Shown here piece after piece: positions 38,200 to 52,620 of a stretch of DNA of 64,000 bases. The position numbers and the translations under genes were made by a program. The stretch comes from Octopus bimaculoides (Eukaryota): positions 13,779,016 to 13,843,015 of the forward strand of contig NC_069002.1 in assembly GCF_001194135.2 (NCBI RefSeq), read 5' to 3'. Position 1 is the first letter of the stretch, and every line of letters begins with the position of its first letter. The notes under the pieces were generated by a model. That model worked only from the letters and a program-made list of their open reading frames with translations. It searched no databases and was not told the DNA's origin.

Positions 38200-38780
38200 C
38201 AAATACCAGTAAGCTAGAGATAGTTGACTGCTTCCGTTATCTAGGTGACCAAGTCAGTAGCGGAGGTGGGTGCTCTGAGAGCGTAACTGCGAGAATAAAA
38301 ATAGGCTGGGCAAAGTTCAAAGAGCTTCTCCCTTAGAATGAAAGGCAGACTGTACAATGCCTGTATGCAAACAGCCATGCTACATGGCAGTGAAATATGG
38401 GCTGCTACTGCTGAGGACATGCGTAGGCTTGAAAAAAAAATGAAGCTGGCATGCATCACTGGATGTGTGATGTCAGTGTGCATGTATGACAGAGTGTAAG
38501 TGTCTTGAGAAAAAAGTTGGAGATAAGAGGTATCATATGTGGTGTGCAAGAGAGATGACTGCACTGGTATGGTCATGTGATGTGTATGGACGAGGACAGC
38601 TGTATAAAGAAGCGCTGATCTCTAACTGGGGAGGCAACCTTTGGAAGAAGTAGACCCAGGAAGACAGGATGAGGTGGTGAAGCATGATCTTCGAAAGTTG
38701 GGCCTTATGGAGGCAATGACTAGTGACCAAAACCTTTGGTGATATACTGTGCTTGAGAAGACCCGTCAAGCCAAGTGAAT
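38200..38780 (+). mobile_element. RTE-type LINE, 3-prime fragment
   Basis: LEIVDCFRYLGDQV..ARIKIGWAKFKELLP..GRLYNAC..MLHGSEIW..LHWYGHV..RPRKT..VVKHDL..LW..VLEKT, with stops and frameshifts. Confidence 0.85.
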
Positions 38781-39967
38781 CGTAGTGGTGGCCAATGCCA
38801 GTGTCACATAACTGGCACCGATGCCAGTAGCATGTAAGAGCCACCTATCAAGCATTCGGCCTCATGGATGCAATGTGGCTGATGCCAGTGTCATGTAACT
38901 AGCACCTGTGCTGGTATTGCACAACTGGTACCTGTGCTAAGGGCAGGTAAAAAGCACTTTTGGGTGTTGGGCCTCACAGAGGCAATGACAAATGACCAAA
39001 AACTTCAGTAATATGCTGTGCTTGAGTAGAAGACCCACCAAGCCAAATGAAATCGTAGTCATGGCCGATGCCAGTGTCACCTAACTGGCACGTAAAAGCA
39101 CCCATTACACTCTCGGAATGGTTGGTGTTAGGAAGGGCATCCAGTCATAGAAACCATATCCAAATCAGACTGGGATCTGGTGCTGCCCCTCAGTTTACTA
39201 GCCCTGGTCAAACTGTCCAAACCATGCCAGCATGGACAACAAATGTTGAATGTTGATGATGGCACACACACATATATCATCATCATCATTTAGCATCTGC
39301 TTTCCATGCTGGCATGGGTTTGACTGAAACTGGTAAGCCGGAGAGTTGCACCAGGTTCCAGTATGATTTGGCATGGTTTCTATGGCTGGATGCCCTTCCC
39401 AACACCAACCACTCCAAGAGTGTAATGAGTGCTTTTGTGTATCACTGGCATGGGTGCTATTATGTGCCACTGGCATGGGTACCAGTTGCATGACACCGGC
39501 ATCGGCCACGACAATGATTGGAAATTGCCTCAGTGGAAACCTATAACAAATGATGCTATTATTCACAGCTTGTGATATCAAATAAATAAATAAATCATCA
39601 GGCAAAATACTTAGTGGTATTTCATCTGAGTTCTGAGTTCAAATGCCACTGAGGTCAACTTTGCCTTTCATTATTTTGGGATTGATTAAAATAAGTACCA
39701 GTCGAATACTAGGGTCAATATAATTGATTACTACCCTCTCCTGAAATTGCTGGCCTTGTGCCAAAATTTGAAACTAATATGAAATAAATAAATGGAAGAC
39801 AGATGAGTATTCTGAAATAATTAATTTTATTAAAAATATCACAAATGTATATATATTTGTGTTTATATAAAATATTCTTTTGAGAACTTGATATCACACT
39901 ACAGTATCTGTGTAAATATATTTAGAGTTAAATAAGTTATTTATTTTCAGTGTTGATACAGATGTTG

Positions 39968-40777
39968 TTACTCTTCTGTATGAACAAATAAATGTCTGGT
40001 TAAGTGACTTCTTTGACAGAAGGATTTACCACAGATATCACAATGGAATGGTTTTTCCCCTGTGTGAAGACGTATGTGGTTAGTCAGACTACCATTTCGA
40101 GTGAAAGATTTACCACAGATTTCACAGTGACATGGTTTCTCTCCTGTATGAATGTATTTGTGTTCAGTTAACTGGCGTCTTTGAAAGAATGATTTACCAC
40201 AGATATCACAGTGATATGGCTTCTCTCCTGTATGGATGTGTTTGTGTTTAGTTAAATTACCTGGGTCAGAGAATGATTTACCACAGATTTCACAGGGATA
40301 TGGCTTCTCTCCTGTATGAATGTGCATGTGACTAGTTAACTTATTTGTTTCAGAGAATGATTTTCCACAGATATCACAGTGATATGGTTTCTCCCCTGTA
40401 TGAATACGTTTGTGTTTACTTAAGTTAGCTGCACCTGAGAATGATTTACCACAAATATCACAGTGATATGGTTTTTCTCCTGTATGAATACGTTTGTGGT
40501 TAGTTAAGGTTATGGCACGAGAGAACGATTTGCCACAGTTATCACACTGATATTGTTTTTCTAATGAACGAATGTGTATATGGTTATTTAAAGTAGTTAC
40601 ATGAGCAAATGATTTACCACAGATATCACAGTGATATGGTTTCTCTCCTGTATGAATACGTTTGTGAGTAGTTAGGTCATCTTTTACAGAAAATTTCATA
40701 TTACAGATATCACAGTGAAATATCTCTTCTGAAAAACCAATCCTTTTAGAATAGCTCTCACATAATTCATTTTCCAT
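39968..40777 (-). CDS. Tandem C2H2 zinc-finger protein, 269 aa, 9 finger motifs
   Basis: MENELCE start and nine CxxC...H motifs with TGEKP linkers (finger 2 ends HIHIR). Acceptor at 41098-41097. Confidence 0.92.
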   Translation of the reverse strand: MENELCESYSKRIGFSEEIFHCDICNMKFSVKDDLTTHKRIHTGEKPYHCDICGKSFAHVTTLNNHIHIRSLEKQYQCDNCGKSFSRAITLTNHKRIHTGEKPYHCDICGKSFSGAANLSKHKRIHTGEKPYHCDICGKSFSETNKLTSHMHIHTGEKPYPCEICGKSFSDPGNLTKHKHIHTGEKPYHCDICGKSFFQRRQLTEHKYIHTGEKPCHCEICGKSFTRNGSLTNHIRLHTGEKPFHCDICGKSFCQRSHLTRHLFVHTEE

Positions 40778-41184
40778 AATTTTTTTTTTCTTTTAATATA
40801 TATTTTATCCTTCACAAATATTTCTTTTTCTTTATTTCTCTTATGTCAATATTTGAAGATACTGAACTCATGTGTCCAAGTTTAATTATAAAGTAAAATC
40901 ATCTTGTACATATTCAAATCAGAGAAATTTTGGTAGTAATCTCACTCTGAGTAAATATTCAACGAGTATTTCTTCCAAAGATTTATTAAAGCAAAGTTGT
41001 ATCCCTTCTGTACATTTTCCTTCAGTCTTTAAGAGATGGTAAATATTGATGTTGCATCTGATGTAAACAATTATTTTAGTCCAATATTCTGATATTCTGA
41101 AATAATAAAGAAATATTATAAGACACAAAGAATACTTAAAAATGTGGAAATTCAACACTAGAACACTTTACATATCTATTCCGA

Positions 41185-41464
41185 TTAACCCCTTAGCATT
41201 TCAACTGGCCACATCCGGCCAAAATATTCTACCTGTTTTATGTCCAAACTAGCCAAATCCAGCCTTTCACACCTACCTTACAATGTCATTCTAAATATAA
41301 ACAATTACATCATCAAAATCTCAAGGCTATAGGATAATGCATGATTAATTCAAATCATCAGCGTTGTCATTGATGTTATCATTATCATCCTTTTTCTTTA
41401 ATGTCTGTTTTCCAACATGAAAAAATAAGCATTGCATTTGATAATCTAAATGCTAAAGGGTTAA
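41185..41464 (+). mobile_element. piggyBac-type MITE with TTAA target duplication
   Basis: TTAA-CCCCTTAGCATTT...AAATGCTAAAGGG-TTAA (13-bp TIR, 1 mismatch). Related partial copies at about 5480-5640, 21525-21756 and 58395-58600. Confidence 0.8.
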
Positions 41465-41507
41465 ACTTTACATGAATAATTAAATTTTATGATTTATGAA
41501 AATTATG

Positions 41508-41880
41508 ATTGCTGAGGACATGTGTAGGCTTGACAGAAATGAAGGTAGTATGATCCGTTAGATGTGTAATGCCAGTGTGCATACACAACAGAGTGTAAGC
41601 ACCCTAAGAGAAAAGTTTGACATAAGAAGCATCAGATGTGGTGTGCAAGAGACGACTGCTGGTATAGTCATGTGCTGTGTATGGATGAGGACAGCTGTGT
41701 GAAGAAGTGTCACACCCTAACAGTGGAAGGAACCTGTGGAAGAGGTAAACTCAGGAAGACATGGGATGAGGTAGTGAAGCATGGCCTTTGAATGTTGGAC
41801 TTCACAGAGGCAATGACAAAAAACCGAGACCTTTGGAGAAATGCTGTGATTGAGAACACCCAGCAAGTAAGGTGAGATCG
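41508..41880 (+). mobile_element. RTE-type LINE, shorter 3-prime fragment of the same family as 38.2 kb
   Basis: Aligns by eye with 38410-38780 (gctgaggacatg..gtgtgcaagaga..aggaagacatgggatgaggt). Confidence 0.8.
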
Positions 41881-43196
41881 TAGCCGTGGCTGGTCGCATA
41901 ACCAGCCCATTTAAAAGTACCTTTGAATTGTCAGGTGATAAGCTGTGCTTGAGAAGACCTGTTGAGTCAAGTGAAATTGTAGTCGTAGTTGATGCCAATG
42001 CCACCTGACTGGCACCCATGCTGGTGGCACGTAATAAGCACCATTCAAGCGTGGGTTGATGCTAGTGCACTTGACTGGCTCCCTGTGCCAGTGACATGTA
42101 AAAAGAGCACCATTGGAACTTGGTCGATGTCAGCACCCCCTGACTGGCACCCCATGCCAGTGGCATGTAAAAAGTACCATCCAAACATGGTCAATGTCAG
42201 TACCGCCTAACTGACTCCCATGCCAGTGGCATATAAAAAGCACCCACTACACTCTTGGAGTGTTTGGCGTTAGGAAGGGCATCCAGCTGTAGAAACCTTG
42301 TCAGATCAGATTGGAGCCTGGTGCAGCTTCCCAGTCCTCAGTCAAACCGTCAAACCCATACCAGCATGGAAAATGAACGTTAGTCGTTGATGATGATGAT
42401 GACAATGATCACACCACCTTGTGTAAAGTTTGCATATTTGCAGGCCATAGTTACATCTTCATATTGTGTCAGATTAGTGGTTTTGGTAGATCTCCATCAG
42501 TTGATGTGGATTTAGTTGTTTGATCAACTGAATTACTTGCACCAGAATTTATGTGTAAGTGGCCGAGTATTCCACAGACACCTTTTATTTTATTTTTTTT
42601 ACTCATTTCAGTCATTAGACTATGGCCATGCTAGAGCACTCCAGAATCCTCTGATTCTTGTTGTTTTATCACTTAGTCCTCCCAGAGAAAACTGATAGCC
42701 AGCCACGGCCTTATTGCCTAGCTTTCAGGACGTGTGTAAGTATATTTCATATATTTATTTTACAAAGCGATTGTTGAATAATAGCATCGTTTGAGCGACC
42801 AATCCCTGATGATGATGGAATGTCTGCACTTTGGTGCAGAGAGCAAACATCACGAGGGACTTCGTTTGTAAAGCAACACGTCTTTCCGATATACACCAGT
42901 GAAATACACACACATGGGCTTCCGAACAGTTTCTATCAAGCTGTGAAGGTAAATTCTTAGTCACACAACCATAACTCTGTACCATTATCCATTGTGTCCT
43001 TTACTCCTTTAGATGATAGTCATATTTTCGGGAAGTATAACTTCTCCTTTTAGGAAAGTCGAGAGACCATGCAAAACTCCCTTATTAGGTTATTGCCTTA
43101 ACCCCAGGCCAATCCTAGCTGAAAAAGCAAACGATCAAAGGTTACTGTATACCCCGAAGTCAGCTCTGATCTATTAGTTCGATGGCACACAGGTAA

Positions 43197-43580
43197 ATGG
43201 AGGCGCAATGGCCCAGTAGTTAAGGCAGCGGACTCGCGGTCATAGGATCGCTGTTTCGATTCCCAGACCGGGCGTTGTGAGTGTTTATTGAGCGAAAACA
43301 CCTAAAGCTCTACGAGGCTCCGGCAGGGGATGGTGCCGAACTCTGCTGTACTCTTCCACCACAACTTTCTCTCACTCTTACTTCCTGTTTCTGTTGTGCC
43401 TGTAATTCAAAGGGTTAGCCTTGTCACACTCTGTGTCACGCTGAATATCCTCGAGAACTACGTTAAGGGTACACGTGTCTGTGGAGTGCTCAGCCACTTG
43501 CACGTTAATTTCACGAGCAGGCTGTTCCGTTGATCAGATTAACTGGAACCTTCGACGTCGTAAGCGACGGAGCGCCAACA
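43197..43580 (+). mobile_element. SINE family D copy in the predicted intron of the 40777 ZNF gene
   Basis: 10-bp TSD ACACAGGTAA at 43187-43196 and 43581-43590. Confidence 0.9.
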
Positions 43581-44615
43581 ACACAGGTAAGGTGATCAAT
43601 TAAGTGCGACTCGCAGATCTCTCTTTTTGTCTTCAGTTTTAGTTAAGAACCATACCACACACTTCAACATGAAGTGACAAATTGTATCGAGTGTTGTGCG
43701 ATAGTCTGGACAACTTCACTTTTACCATTGTCCAATCTATTTCTGTACGTCCTCAGATTTTGGTGGTGGTGGCCACAAGGGAGGGCGGTGAGACGGAATC
43801 AAGTCTTGATTGTATGAACTCCAGAATAATAATGTGCTTCACCTATTTCTATATGTATCGATTTAATCAATTATCTTAAAATATTATTTTTTTTTCTTCT
43901 TTTAATCAATTTATTTTTTCATACATTCGCTGTTTTCAAAGGTGAAAGGTCAAGTCTTTCCCAAAGTTATTTTCTACTGTCGGAGTCACAGATCGATAAC
44001 CATTTATCATTTCAAATAAATAATGGTTAAATAAAATCTTTTTTTTTCGCCCAGGAAATCCCCTTCAATTTAAAAAGGTAAACGCTTCTATTTTCATGGG
44101 GTCCCGGAAGAGACAAAGAAGAGCTGGTTTCTAAATACCTTTTAGAAGTTTATTTTAGGATATTCTCCTAATTAAAAGTCACGACTAATTAATGCCAACA
44201 ATGGAAAGACTTCTCAAAGAACATTAATCTGCTGGAAATAACATCCAAATCTCAGCATTCTCTCTTTAAAAAGAGAGATACGTTATATAAACTTAGTTCT
44301 AAATATGAACTGCACTTTAAATAAAATATCGCAAGAATAATTCGAGATATTTGTAGTACTTACGTATCAATGAATGGCGATCGATTACAGAATAATCATG
44401 AGAGTATCATCAAAAATATGTCAGAGAAGTCATTAGTTACGGTCATCAATGTTGTGAATTTATATCCCGCTGAGGTTAATTTTACCTTTTAGTCTTGCGG
44501 GATCGATTACAATACCAGTGAAGTACCAGGGTCGATTTATATTCCTGTTAAATATCCTTCTTTCGTTTACATTTCACGTTAAGGTGAAGACAAGATTTCA
44601 AATAAATCACAACCC

Positions 44616-44719
44616 AACTTCCGGTACTATTTTGTGTGGATCGGGCGGAAGAATTTCCAGTTTATGAATGCTGCGATCGACGGAAAAATCGCTTTTTTTT
44701 TCTCTTCTTCACAGCTGTG
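44616..44719 (-). promoter_or_regulatory. ZNF-cluster promoter module (copy serving the 40777 gene)
   Basis: In gene sense: CACAGCTGTG, ATTCTTCCGCC and TACCGGAAGTT (ETS-like). Donor ttgatac|GTAAGTacta at 44363. Confidence 0.55.
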
Positions 44720-45597
44720 AATCGTGGAGTGGATATTTTTTCCTGTGCAACCGCACTTGTGTATCTTAATTTGTTTAACAATTAATGAAATTGGAGCTGC
44801 TGTGTTTTAATTATTTAAATTTACCTTCATAGCGAAAAGAACCGAACTATCTCTAATCATACTCAATGCCTACCCCACCTTGTCATCTCTCTCCTGCCTC
44901 CCCCCTATCATCTGTATTATGATTATTCTATCCCCAATCGCTCCCTCCTGCACCCCTCTATCCTTCCCCACCTCGTGACTTATCGATCATCACCCTTCGA
45001 CCCGACCTAACTTATTTTCTGACAGATGCAGGCTGTCTCCCCATCCTCTTATCTCCTGCTCCCCATACAATCTTGCAAACCCTTGGTTGACAGAAACTGT
45101 ATGGAAGCCTGTTGTAAATATGTTTTTGTGCTTGTGTTTGTCCCCTTCCCCCACACCATTTAACAACCAGTGTTGGTTTATTTACATCCCTGTAACTTAG
45201 CAACTCAGCAAAAAAGACTGATAGAATAAGTACCAGATTTAAAAAATAAGTACTAAGACCAGTTTGTCAAACTAAACCCTTCATGGCAGTGCCTCAGCAT
45301 GGACACAGTCCACTGATTGAGACAGGCAAAAGAAGTTGAAAATCTGCCCTACCCCCACCTCCTCTCTCACATTTTAAGCCCTCATCCCCTAGCATAAAGC
45401 CAACTCTGCTCCCTCAGGGCTCGAGTCTTGCAAACTGCATGGCAACATCAGTAGTGCTGATGGTATGGAAAGAGCACTTAATACACATGATAAAATGTTT
45501 GATATTAGGAAGGGCATATATAATGATAGGAGAATAATTTAAGAGTAAACCAACTTTATTTAATTACTATTTCATTAATGATATTCACTAATAGTCA

Positions 45598-45990
45598 GCG
45601 TAGGAGTGGCTGTGTGGTAAGTAGCTTGCTTACGAACCACATGGTTCCGGGTTCAGTCCCACTGCGTGGCACCTTGGGCAAGTGTCTTCTGCTATAGCCT
45701 CGGGCCGACCAAAGCCTTGTGAGTAGATTTGGTAGACGGAAACTGAAAGAAGCCCGTTGTATATAAATTGTATATGTGTGTGGGTGTTTGTCCTCTCAAC
45801 AATCGCTTGACAACCGATGCTGGTATGTTTACATCCCCATAACTTAGTGGTTCGGCAAAACAGACCGATAGAGTAAGTACTAGGCTTCCAAAGAATAAGT
45901 CCTGGGGATGATTTGCTCGACTAAAGGCGGTGCTCCAGCATGGCCGCAGTCAAATGACTGAAACAATTAAAAGAGAGAGAGAGAGAGAGT
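45598..45990 (+). mobile_element. SINE family A, full length
   Basis: Near-identical to 373-756. Confidence 0.88.
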
Positions 45991-46199
45991 AAAGAGAATG
46001 ATGTCAGAACTCAAGATATAAATCTCATAGCTGAGATATTCTGTATGCTAGACATGTTCAACCCACACCAGCATGCAAAACAGCCATGGAAACATTGATG
46101 AGGATGATTCACAAATTATATCATCCAATTTGTATTTATATTGGTTTCAAATTTTGGTACAACGCCAGCAACTGGTACTATTTTATTGACCCTGAGAGA

Positions 46200-46943
<744 letters not shown>

Positions 46944-47227
46944 AATTTTTTGTTTTACCACAATAGAAACATAGCCTTCTTTCTTTTTGTTTTTATTTCA
47001 AACAAATTTATTTTATTCTTAGCGAATATTTCTACCACTGTATTTCTATCCAAGTTATGTGTGTTGATATTTACATATGTGCAAACTCTTTTGTAAATTT
47101 ACATGAACATTATCTATATGTAGATAGGTTGATATCACACAACAATATCCTTCTTTAATTCATAAATAAGTTTCTGGTTAAATAGAATATTTAATTTCTC
47201 ACAGAATTATTTTCGATATTGATGCAA

Positions 47228-48217
47228 TTACTCTTCTGTAGAAACACACAAATGTTTATTTAAGTGACTTTTTTGAGAGAAGGATTTTCCACAAATATCA
47301 CAGTGATATGGTTTTTCTCCTGTATGAATACGTATGTGGTTTGTTAAGGTACTGTTTCGAGAGAATGACTTACCACAGATTTCACAGTGATATGGCTTCT
47401 CTCCTGTATGAATATATTTGTGTTCAGTTAATTGACTTCTTTGAGAGAAAGCTTTCTCACAAATATCACAGTGATATGGTTTCTCTCCTGTGTGTATACG
47501 TCTGTGGTTAGTTAAGGTCATAACACGGGAGAAAGACTTATCACAGATATCACAATGATATGGTTTTTCTCCTGTATGAATGTATATGTGGTTAGTTAAG
47601 GTAGTTACAAGAGAGAATGATTTGCCACAAATATTACAGTGATATGGTTTCTCTCCTGTATGAATGTGTTTGTGTTTAGTTAAGTTACCTGGTTCAGAGA
47701 ATGACTTACCACAGATATCACAGCAATATGGTTTCTCTCCTGTATGAATGTGTATGTGACTAGCTAACTTATTTGTTTGAGAGAATGATTTACCACAGAT
47801 GTTGCAATCATATGGTTTTTCTCCTGTATGAATGCGTTTGTGTTTAGTTAAGTTAGACCCATCAGAGAATGATTTTCCACAGATATCACAGTGATATGGT
47901 TTTTCTCCTGTATGAATACGTTTGTGGTTTGTTAGAGTAACCACACGAGAGAATGATTTATCACAAATATCACACTGATATGGCTTCTCTCCTGTATGAA
48001 CATGTCTGTGGTTAGTTAATGTAGTTACATGAGAAAATGCTTTACCACAGATATTACAGTGACATGACTTCTCCCCAGCCTGAGCACATTTGTGAATAGT
48101 AAAGTCATGCTTTTCAGAAAAACTTATTTTACAGATATCACATTTGTATGATGTTTTTCCAATTTCTTCTACAAAACCAATCCTTTTAGAATGAGTTTCA
48201 GATAATTCATTTTCCAT
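47228..48217 (-). CDS. Tandem C2H2 zinc-finger protein, 329 aa, 11 finger motifs (first and last degenerate)
   Basis: The first in-frame ATG is at 48217 (MENELSE); the track start at 48274 is GTG. TGEKP-linked fingers. Acceptor at 48568-48567. Confidence 0.92.
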   Translation of the reverse strand: MENELSETHSKRIGFVEEIGKTSYKCDICKISFSEKHDFTIHKCAQAGEKSCHCNICGKAFSHVTTLTNHRHVHTGEKPYQCDICDKSFSRVVTLTNHKRIHTGEKPYHCDICGKSFSDGSNLTKHKRIHTGEKPYDCNICGKSFSQTNKLASHIHIHTGEKPYCCDICGKSFSEPGNLTKHKHIHTGEKPYHCNICGKSFSLVTTLTNHIYIHTGEKPYHCDICDKSFSRVMTLTNHRRIHTGEKPYHCDICEKAFSQRSQLTEHKYIHTGEKPYHCEICGKSFSRNSTLTNHIRIHTGEKPYHCDICGKSFSQKSHLNKHLCVSTEE

Positions 48218-48964
48218 ATTATTTCTTCTCTCACCACTATATACCGTCTCTTTCCATTGCTTTTTTAAATCCACAAGAAATAGTTCTTTTACTCTACTCC
48301 AATCAAAAGTGGTCTTTGTAGATATCTGAAAATGTTGCTAATGCAATTGTAAAATGTTTCCAACTTTAATTAGAATACCAAAAATCATTTTGTACACATT
48401 CTAGGCATCAGAAAGATTTTGCTAATAATCCCACCCAGAGGAAATACTTTACAATAATTCTTGGTTACATCTCATCTGCACATCTTCCATCAGACTTCAA
48501 GAGATGATAAATATTGATGTTGCATCTGATGTATACAAATATTTTAGTCCAATATTCTCTGATATTCTGAAATAATAAAGAAACAGTTTAAGGCACAGAA
48601 GATACTTAAAAACAGAGATTCTTCTGTGGAAATTTCACTGCATTCCAATACTGATAAGGATTTCAGAAAAATTTAATAATAAACTTGTTATAAACCTTTA
48701 AAACATTTGAAATTTTTGATAATTTTATCCAATCAGAAACCTCCATTAACAACATACTGGAAATAGCAATTGCCACGTGTTGTTGATTTTATGGAGAGCA
48801 CCATCTTTTTGTTTAATGAATAAAAAGAATTTAATAAAAGCAAACAAAAACATTAGGGTTATGGCTCTCTCTCGCTCTCATACACACACACTAATAAAAT
48901 TAAACTTCTGCACAGTTTCCAATATAAAATTGTACTCTCTAGGTATTGGACATCAGGAGACTAA

Positions 48965-49182
48965 GAAAGGGTGCTGAAAAGATCCTGGTTTTAAGGGTGT
49001 CGCGAAAGGCCTGGTTGGAGGCCCAACCTTCCAAGCTCTGTTACAGGGTTTAGGAAAATGAAGGACCGCTGCAATAAGTATGTGAATCTGGGAAGGGAAA
49101 ACGTTGAGTAAAATCAAAATTAACTGATCCTCCTGTATTTTCTTTTACCCAAAGCCAAGAACTTTTCGGCACCCCTCGTATA
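48965..49182. mobile_element. Second copy of the mariner-like MITE, opposite orientation
   Basis: gggtgctgaaaagatcctggtttt...aaagccaagaacttttcggcacccctcgta; the internal sequence matches the reverse complement of 25844-26063. Confidence 0.7.
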
Positions 49183-49251
49183 TAGTGGAGACACCTAACT
49201 AAGATGCCATGCATCAGTATTGAATCTGGAACTGTGTGATTGTGAAGGAAC

Positions 49252-49647
49252 GCAGGAGTGGCTGTGTGGTAAGTAACTTGCTTACGAACCACATGGTTCC
49301 GGGTTCAGTCCCACTGCATGGCACCTTGGGCAAGTGTCTTCTACTATAGCCTCGGGCCGACCAAAGCCTTGTGAGTGGATTTGGTAGACGGAAACTGAAA
49401 GAAGCCCGTCGTATATATGTATATATATGTATGTGTGTGTATGTTTATGTGTCTGCGTTTGTTCCCCCAACATCGCTTGACAACTGATGCTGGTGTGTTT
49501 ACGTCCCGTAACTTAGCGGTTCGGCAAAAGAGACCGATAGAATAAGTATTAGGCTTACAAAGAATAAGTCCTGGGGTCGATTTGTTCTACTAAAGGCGGT
49601 GCTCCAGCATGGCCACAGTCAAATGACTGAAACAAGTAAAAGAGTAA
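49252..49647 (+). mobile_element. SINE family A, full length
   Basis: Near-identical to 373-756. Confidence 0.88.
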
Positions 49648-50603
49648 TAACACAGCTATTGCTGCGCTCATCATCAAATGTGTTCCTCTTTCCGATGATA
49701 TGATGTAAGTTGAGGGCAATATCTTTTACGAATAAGTCAAAGGATCAGATAAAAATTGCCTTTAGGGGCTCGTTGTTGCTGTTTGACCCCAAGTCAGCCT
49801 TGACTGAAGAAATCTTCGATGAATGGGTGGTTTCTGCAATTGTTATGTAGTTTTAGGGTCATCATCTATAATACTGCTGACACCGAAATTATTTTACTGT
49901 AAAGCTCATAACTTTACGTGTTGCTGTTGTGGGAGTCGAGCTGAAGCGAAACTTAGCTGAGATGCGAAAGTGTTATTTTAATAAACAGTTGGTGATATGA
50001 AATGTACACAAGTTCAAAATTGCATACTACTTTTATTAGAATTTTCCCAGTTGTGCTATATAAAGTAGTCTTTAGTTTTGATATGAATTTGAAAATTTAC
50101 AAGGATTGATTTCAGGAGGTCTCGGTGTATTTCTTAGAATATTTTGAACTAAACTACAAAATTATCAAAGTCAATCTAGGACAACGTAGTTTGAGCGACG
50201 AGAAATAGCAGCTAAATCACATCAGTCTGTTATATAAAATAGCATACATTAAATAATCCTTGCCCTTGATATAAACTATGCTTTAGATAAAAAATAATTC
50301 AATATGTTTATTATAGTACTTACAAATCAAGTGTAGTTAGAATACAAAGTGGACAAGTTCGGAGAAAAACTCGGGTGGTTTCTCGTTACGGTCATTTAGG
50401 TTCTGAGTTCAAATCCTCCTGAGGTCAATTTTACCTTTCAGTGTTCCGGGGTCGATAAAATTAAGTGCCTGGAGAAGATTTATATTCTTATAATTCTTCC
50501 TCGATATAAATGGCATTACTATAAAAGACAGAAGAAAATAATATGTCAGGCGTCTCCGTACAGTGAAAGAGATGAAGATAGAAAGAATAATTAATTTCAA
50601 CAT

Positions 50604-50679
50604 AACTTCCGGTATTACAGCGTTTGGGACTGGCGGAATAATTTTACTTTCACAGCTGTGTTGCGACTGGCGGAAGAAT
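50604..50679 (-). promoter_or_regulatory. ZNF-cluster promoter module (copy serving the 48217 gene)
   Basis: In gene sense: ATTCTTCCGCC..CACAGCTGTG..TTATTCCGCC..TACCGGAAGTT. Donor ttgattt|GTAAGTacta at 50323. Confidence 0.6.
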
Positions 50680-51243
50680 CTTTTATTTATTACTTGTTTC
50701 AGGCATTGGGCTGCAGCTATGCTGGGACATTGCCATGGAGGGTTTTAGTCGAAACAAATAACCCCACTACTTTTTTTTCAAGCCAGGTACTTGTTCTATC
50801 GGTCTCTGTTTTTGAGGTGATATAAACAAATCAACACCGGTCGTCACTCTGTGGTGGGGACAAACACAGAGACGACGGGCTTCTTTCAGTTTCCATTTAT
50901 TAAATCCATTCACAAGGCTTTGTTGAATGCAGTGCTATAGTAGAAGACACTTGTTCAAGGTATAGTAGGACTGAACTCTAAACCATGTGTGTTGGGAAGC
51001 AAGCTTCTTAATCACACTGGTATGGTTGCGACCTAAGATTTAACCATTGGTATGTGTTGTAGAAAATTGTGGTGATGTTGATCAACGGAAGTTATCCAGG
51101 TAGTTAGTAAACAAAACCTCCCTGTGGGTGCTGGAAGGAGTGCTTAAAATAGGTAAATTATGCAAGGGAGATAACTCCCATAAGATCAGTCCACTTTAGG
51201 ACATCGGTGACATTGGACATAAAGGCGGCGTAGATAATCTCAG

Positions 51244-51330
51244 TTATTCCTCTGCTACTAGTATTGGCAGTTTTATTCCTCTGCTACTAGTATTGGCAGT
51301 TTTATTCCTCTGCTACTAGTATTGGCAGTT
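51244..51330. repeat. Perfect 29-bp tandem repeat x3
   Basis: TTATTCCTCTGCTACTAGTATTGGCAGTT at 51244, 51273 and 51302. Confidence 0.95.
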
Positions 51331-52620
51331 TAAGAGGAAGGGCTAACTGATTTCTAGTGAGTGGTAAAGGGTAAAAAAACTCAGTTCTAATGTTATTCCT
51401 GTACAAAAGAGGCAGAATTTTTAGAATTGCTAGTCCACTTCATGAAGGAAAACAGCACGGGTTTGAGCAGGGGAGAAAATGTGAAAAAAAAATCGTATTT
51501 TCTGTTGGATGAAACACAGGAATACTAAAAATATGAAAGGAAAATCCTCGCCTAGTTCCGTGCTCTTTTTGTTCCCTTCGAGGTAGGGATAGCGATGCTA
51601 AAGAATCCTTGTAAACCGAGCAAGACAGCGGTAGCGCTGCCAACAGAAGTAAATTTTTCTGCGACTTGCCAAACCAAATATTACGTTTTTTGGAGATTCT
51701 TTTGAAAGTCGGCATTTGAATTCTATGTTAACAGACACAGAAGAGTGTGCATGAATAAGATGAAGAAAACATGTGATTGAAATTGAGAGAGAGAGAGAGA
51801 ATTTTGTGTGTGTGTATACTAAAAATAAAGAGAAGGAAAGGATTGAGATTTAAGAAAAAAAAAAAAAGAAGAGAAATTAAGATTGGTATGACTATATATT
51901 TGTTCCCGCCTACCCGACACTTTTTCGTCATAACATTCTGGAAAATGTATGCTTTTAAATGAAATTTCTCAGAGATACGTTTTGGAAAGTGTAGAATGCA
52001 ATTATGTTGACAAAGAAAGAAAAAAAAAGAGAAATTTTTGGATCGTTCTCCTCCTTCATCCAGACTTTATTACCATCAATTCTTGTAACTTAATTTTTTT
52101 TCACTATTTTCCAGATTTATATGTTTGAAACATCAATATTACGTAATCTACACTTCCGTAATCATATTTCAGCAAAATGTCATTCAAAATACATCCATTT
52201 ATAAAAAAGTGCTTGAAGTAACAATGTTGGAGTTAGGAGTAGAGTGGGGAGACTGAACAGAAAACCTATCGAAAATTTTGTTGTTAATGATATCAATATA
52301 ATCATCATCTACATTACTGAAAATGTATCTCAGTAAAATTTCTCATCAGAAAATTAAAAGTAAAATCAGAGGTGGGGCATTAATGTGTAGTTGTGCCCTG
52401 AGAGGGAACGAAGAAATAAACTGAAAATAGTTCCTTGCAAAAATGACATAGACGGCTATAATATATAATAAATAAATAAAAATTGGTAGAATAAACAGGA
52501 TGAATAGAATTTATGAAACTCTCGACCACTGAATCGCTTAGTAACTTCTGCCGATTAGAAATCAAGAAATAAAAATTCTGGCAAGGAAACCAATCTGGCC
52601 GAAGCACATACTTAAAAATA

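Noticed and set aside
47308-47511. ORFs antisense to or out of frame with zinc-finger arrays (also 30786-30995, 36846-37115, 57005-57289, 57374-57616)
   Set aside because: They are shadow frames of repetitive ZNF codons.
48218-48274. N-terminal extensions of the ZNF ORFs at 48274 and 57076
   Set aside because: They start at GTG; the paralogue-conserved ATG (MENEL/MEDEL) lies downstream.
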